Below are positions 63,743 through 64,000 of a stretch of DNA of 64,000 bases, piece by piece. Each line of letters opens with the position of its first letter. The stretch's first letter is position 1. The notes under the pieces were generated by a model. The model saw nothing but the letters and a program-made list of their open reading frames with translations. It made no database searches and was not told the origin of the DNA. Both the position numbers and the translations under genes were made by a program. The stretch lies in the IMG/VR virus record IMGVR_UViG_3300037262_000003, positions 32,001 to 96,000 of that record. The stretch is one strand, 5' to 3'. Source of the DNA: a virus.

Positions 63743-63814
63743 TTTCGGGACAAAAGACTCGGACTTCAATCCTCGGCTTCAAAAGCCGGTGTCCTGCCAT
63801 TAGACGATCCCGAA
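63743..63814 (-). tRNA. tRNA-Gln(UUG) with degenerate T-arm (possible pseudo-tRNA)
   Basis: TTCGGGA/TCCCGAA; CGGC-TTTTGAA-GCCG; T-loop TCCGAGT. Confidence 0.6.
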
Positions 63815-63839
63815 ATATAAGTCTAATATATCAGACCGG

Positions 63840-63911
63840 TACCCCCCCAGGGAATCGAACCCTGATTCACTGGGTAAGAGCCAGCTACTCTAGCCGTTGA
63901 GTTAGAGAGGT
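63840..63911 (-). tRNA. tRNA-Lys(CUU)
   Basis: GCTGG-CTCTTAC-CCAGT; CAGGGTTCGATTCCCTG. Confidence 0.8.
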
Positions 63912-63978
63912 ATATAGTGCCGGAATTTTGGGTTCCCTGGCGCTAGAGGTAACTAGCGCCCCGACACATGGGGGATCT

Positions 63979-64000
63979 CGCACTCTCGACCGGACTCGAA
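63979..64000 (-). tRNA. 3' end of a further tRNA cut by the window edge; identity unknown
   Basis: TTCGAGTCCGGTCGAGAGTGC = T-loop plus acceptor 3' strand. Confidence 0.5.

Overview
A 64-kb segment of a large contractile-tailed (myovirus) actinobacteriophage, organised like Bxz1/BRock-type phages and mostly encoded on the - strand. In transcription order (right to left) it holds: a tRNA cluster; a divergent RecA and a metallophosphoesterase; terminase, portal, scaffold and an N4-gp56-type major capsid; a + strand accessory island; a mosaic high-GC tail fibre with an inserted GH12 domain; neck, sheath, tube, tape measure and baseplate genes; and a replication module (DnaB, primase, SNF2 helicase, SSB, family A polymerase). 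Best candidate for an undescribed system: UUA-gated recoding. In a hand scan, in-frame TTA codons were absent from the called genes except at two junctions. (1) The neck gene is split by TAT-TTA-TGA, and a 4-nt ribosomal hop between identical TAT codons would restore it. (2) The DNA polymerase C-terminus reads AAG-TTA-G, where +1 slippage gives a stop, while decoding UUA carries the ribosome through a hairpin to the next gene's start. This fits sensing of the host bldA-type tRNA-Leu(UAA). Other highlights: a virion GH12 paired with a membrane-anchored GH12-like protein; eight coupled Cys/His micro-ORFs; a stand-alone copy of a structural protein's C-terminal module; three apparent non-AUG starts; and a shared QF motif in putative internal head proteins. 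All calls come from reading motifs by eye; no searches were run.
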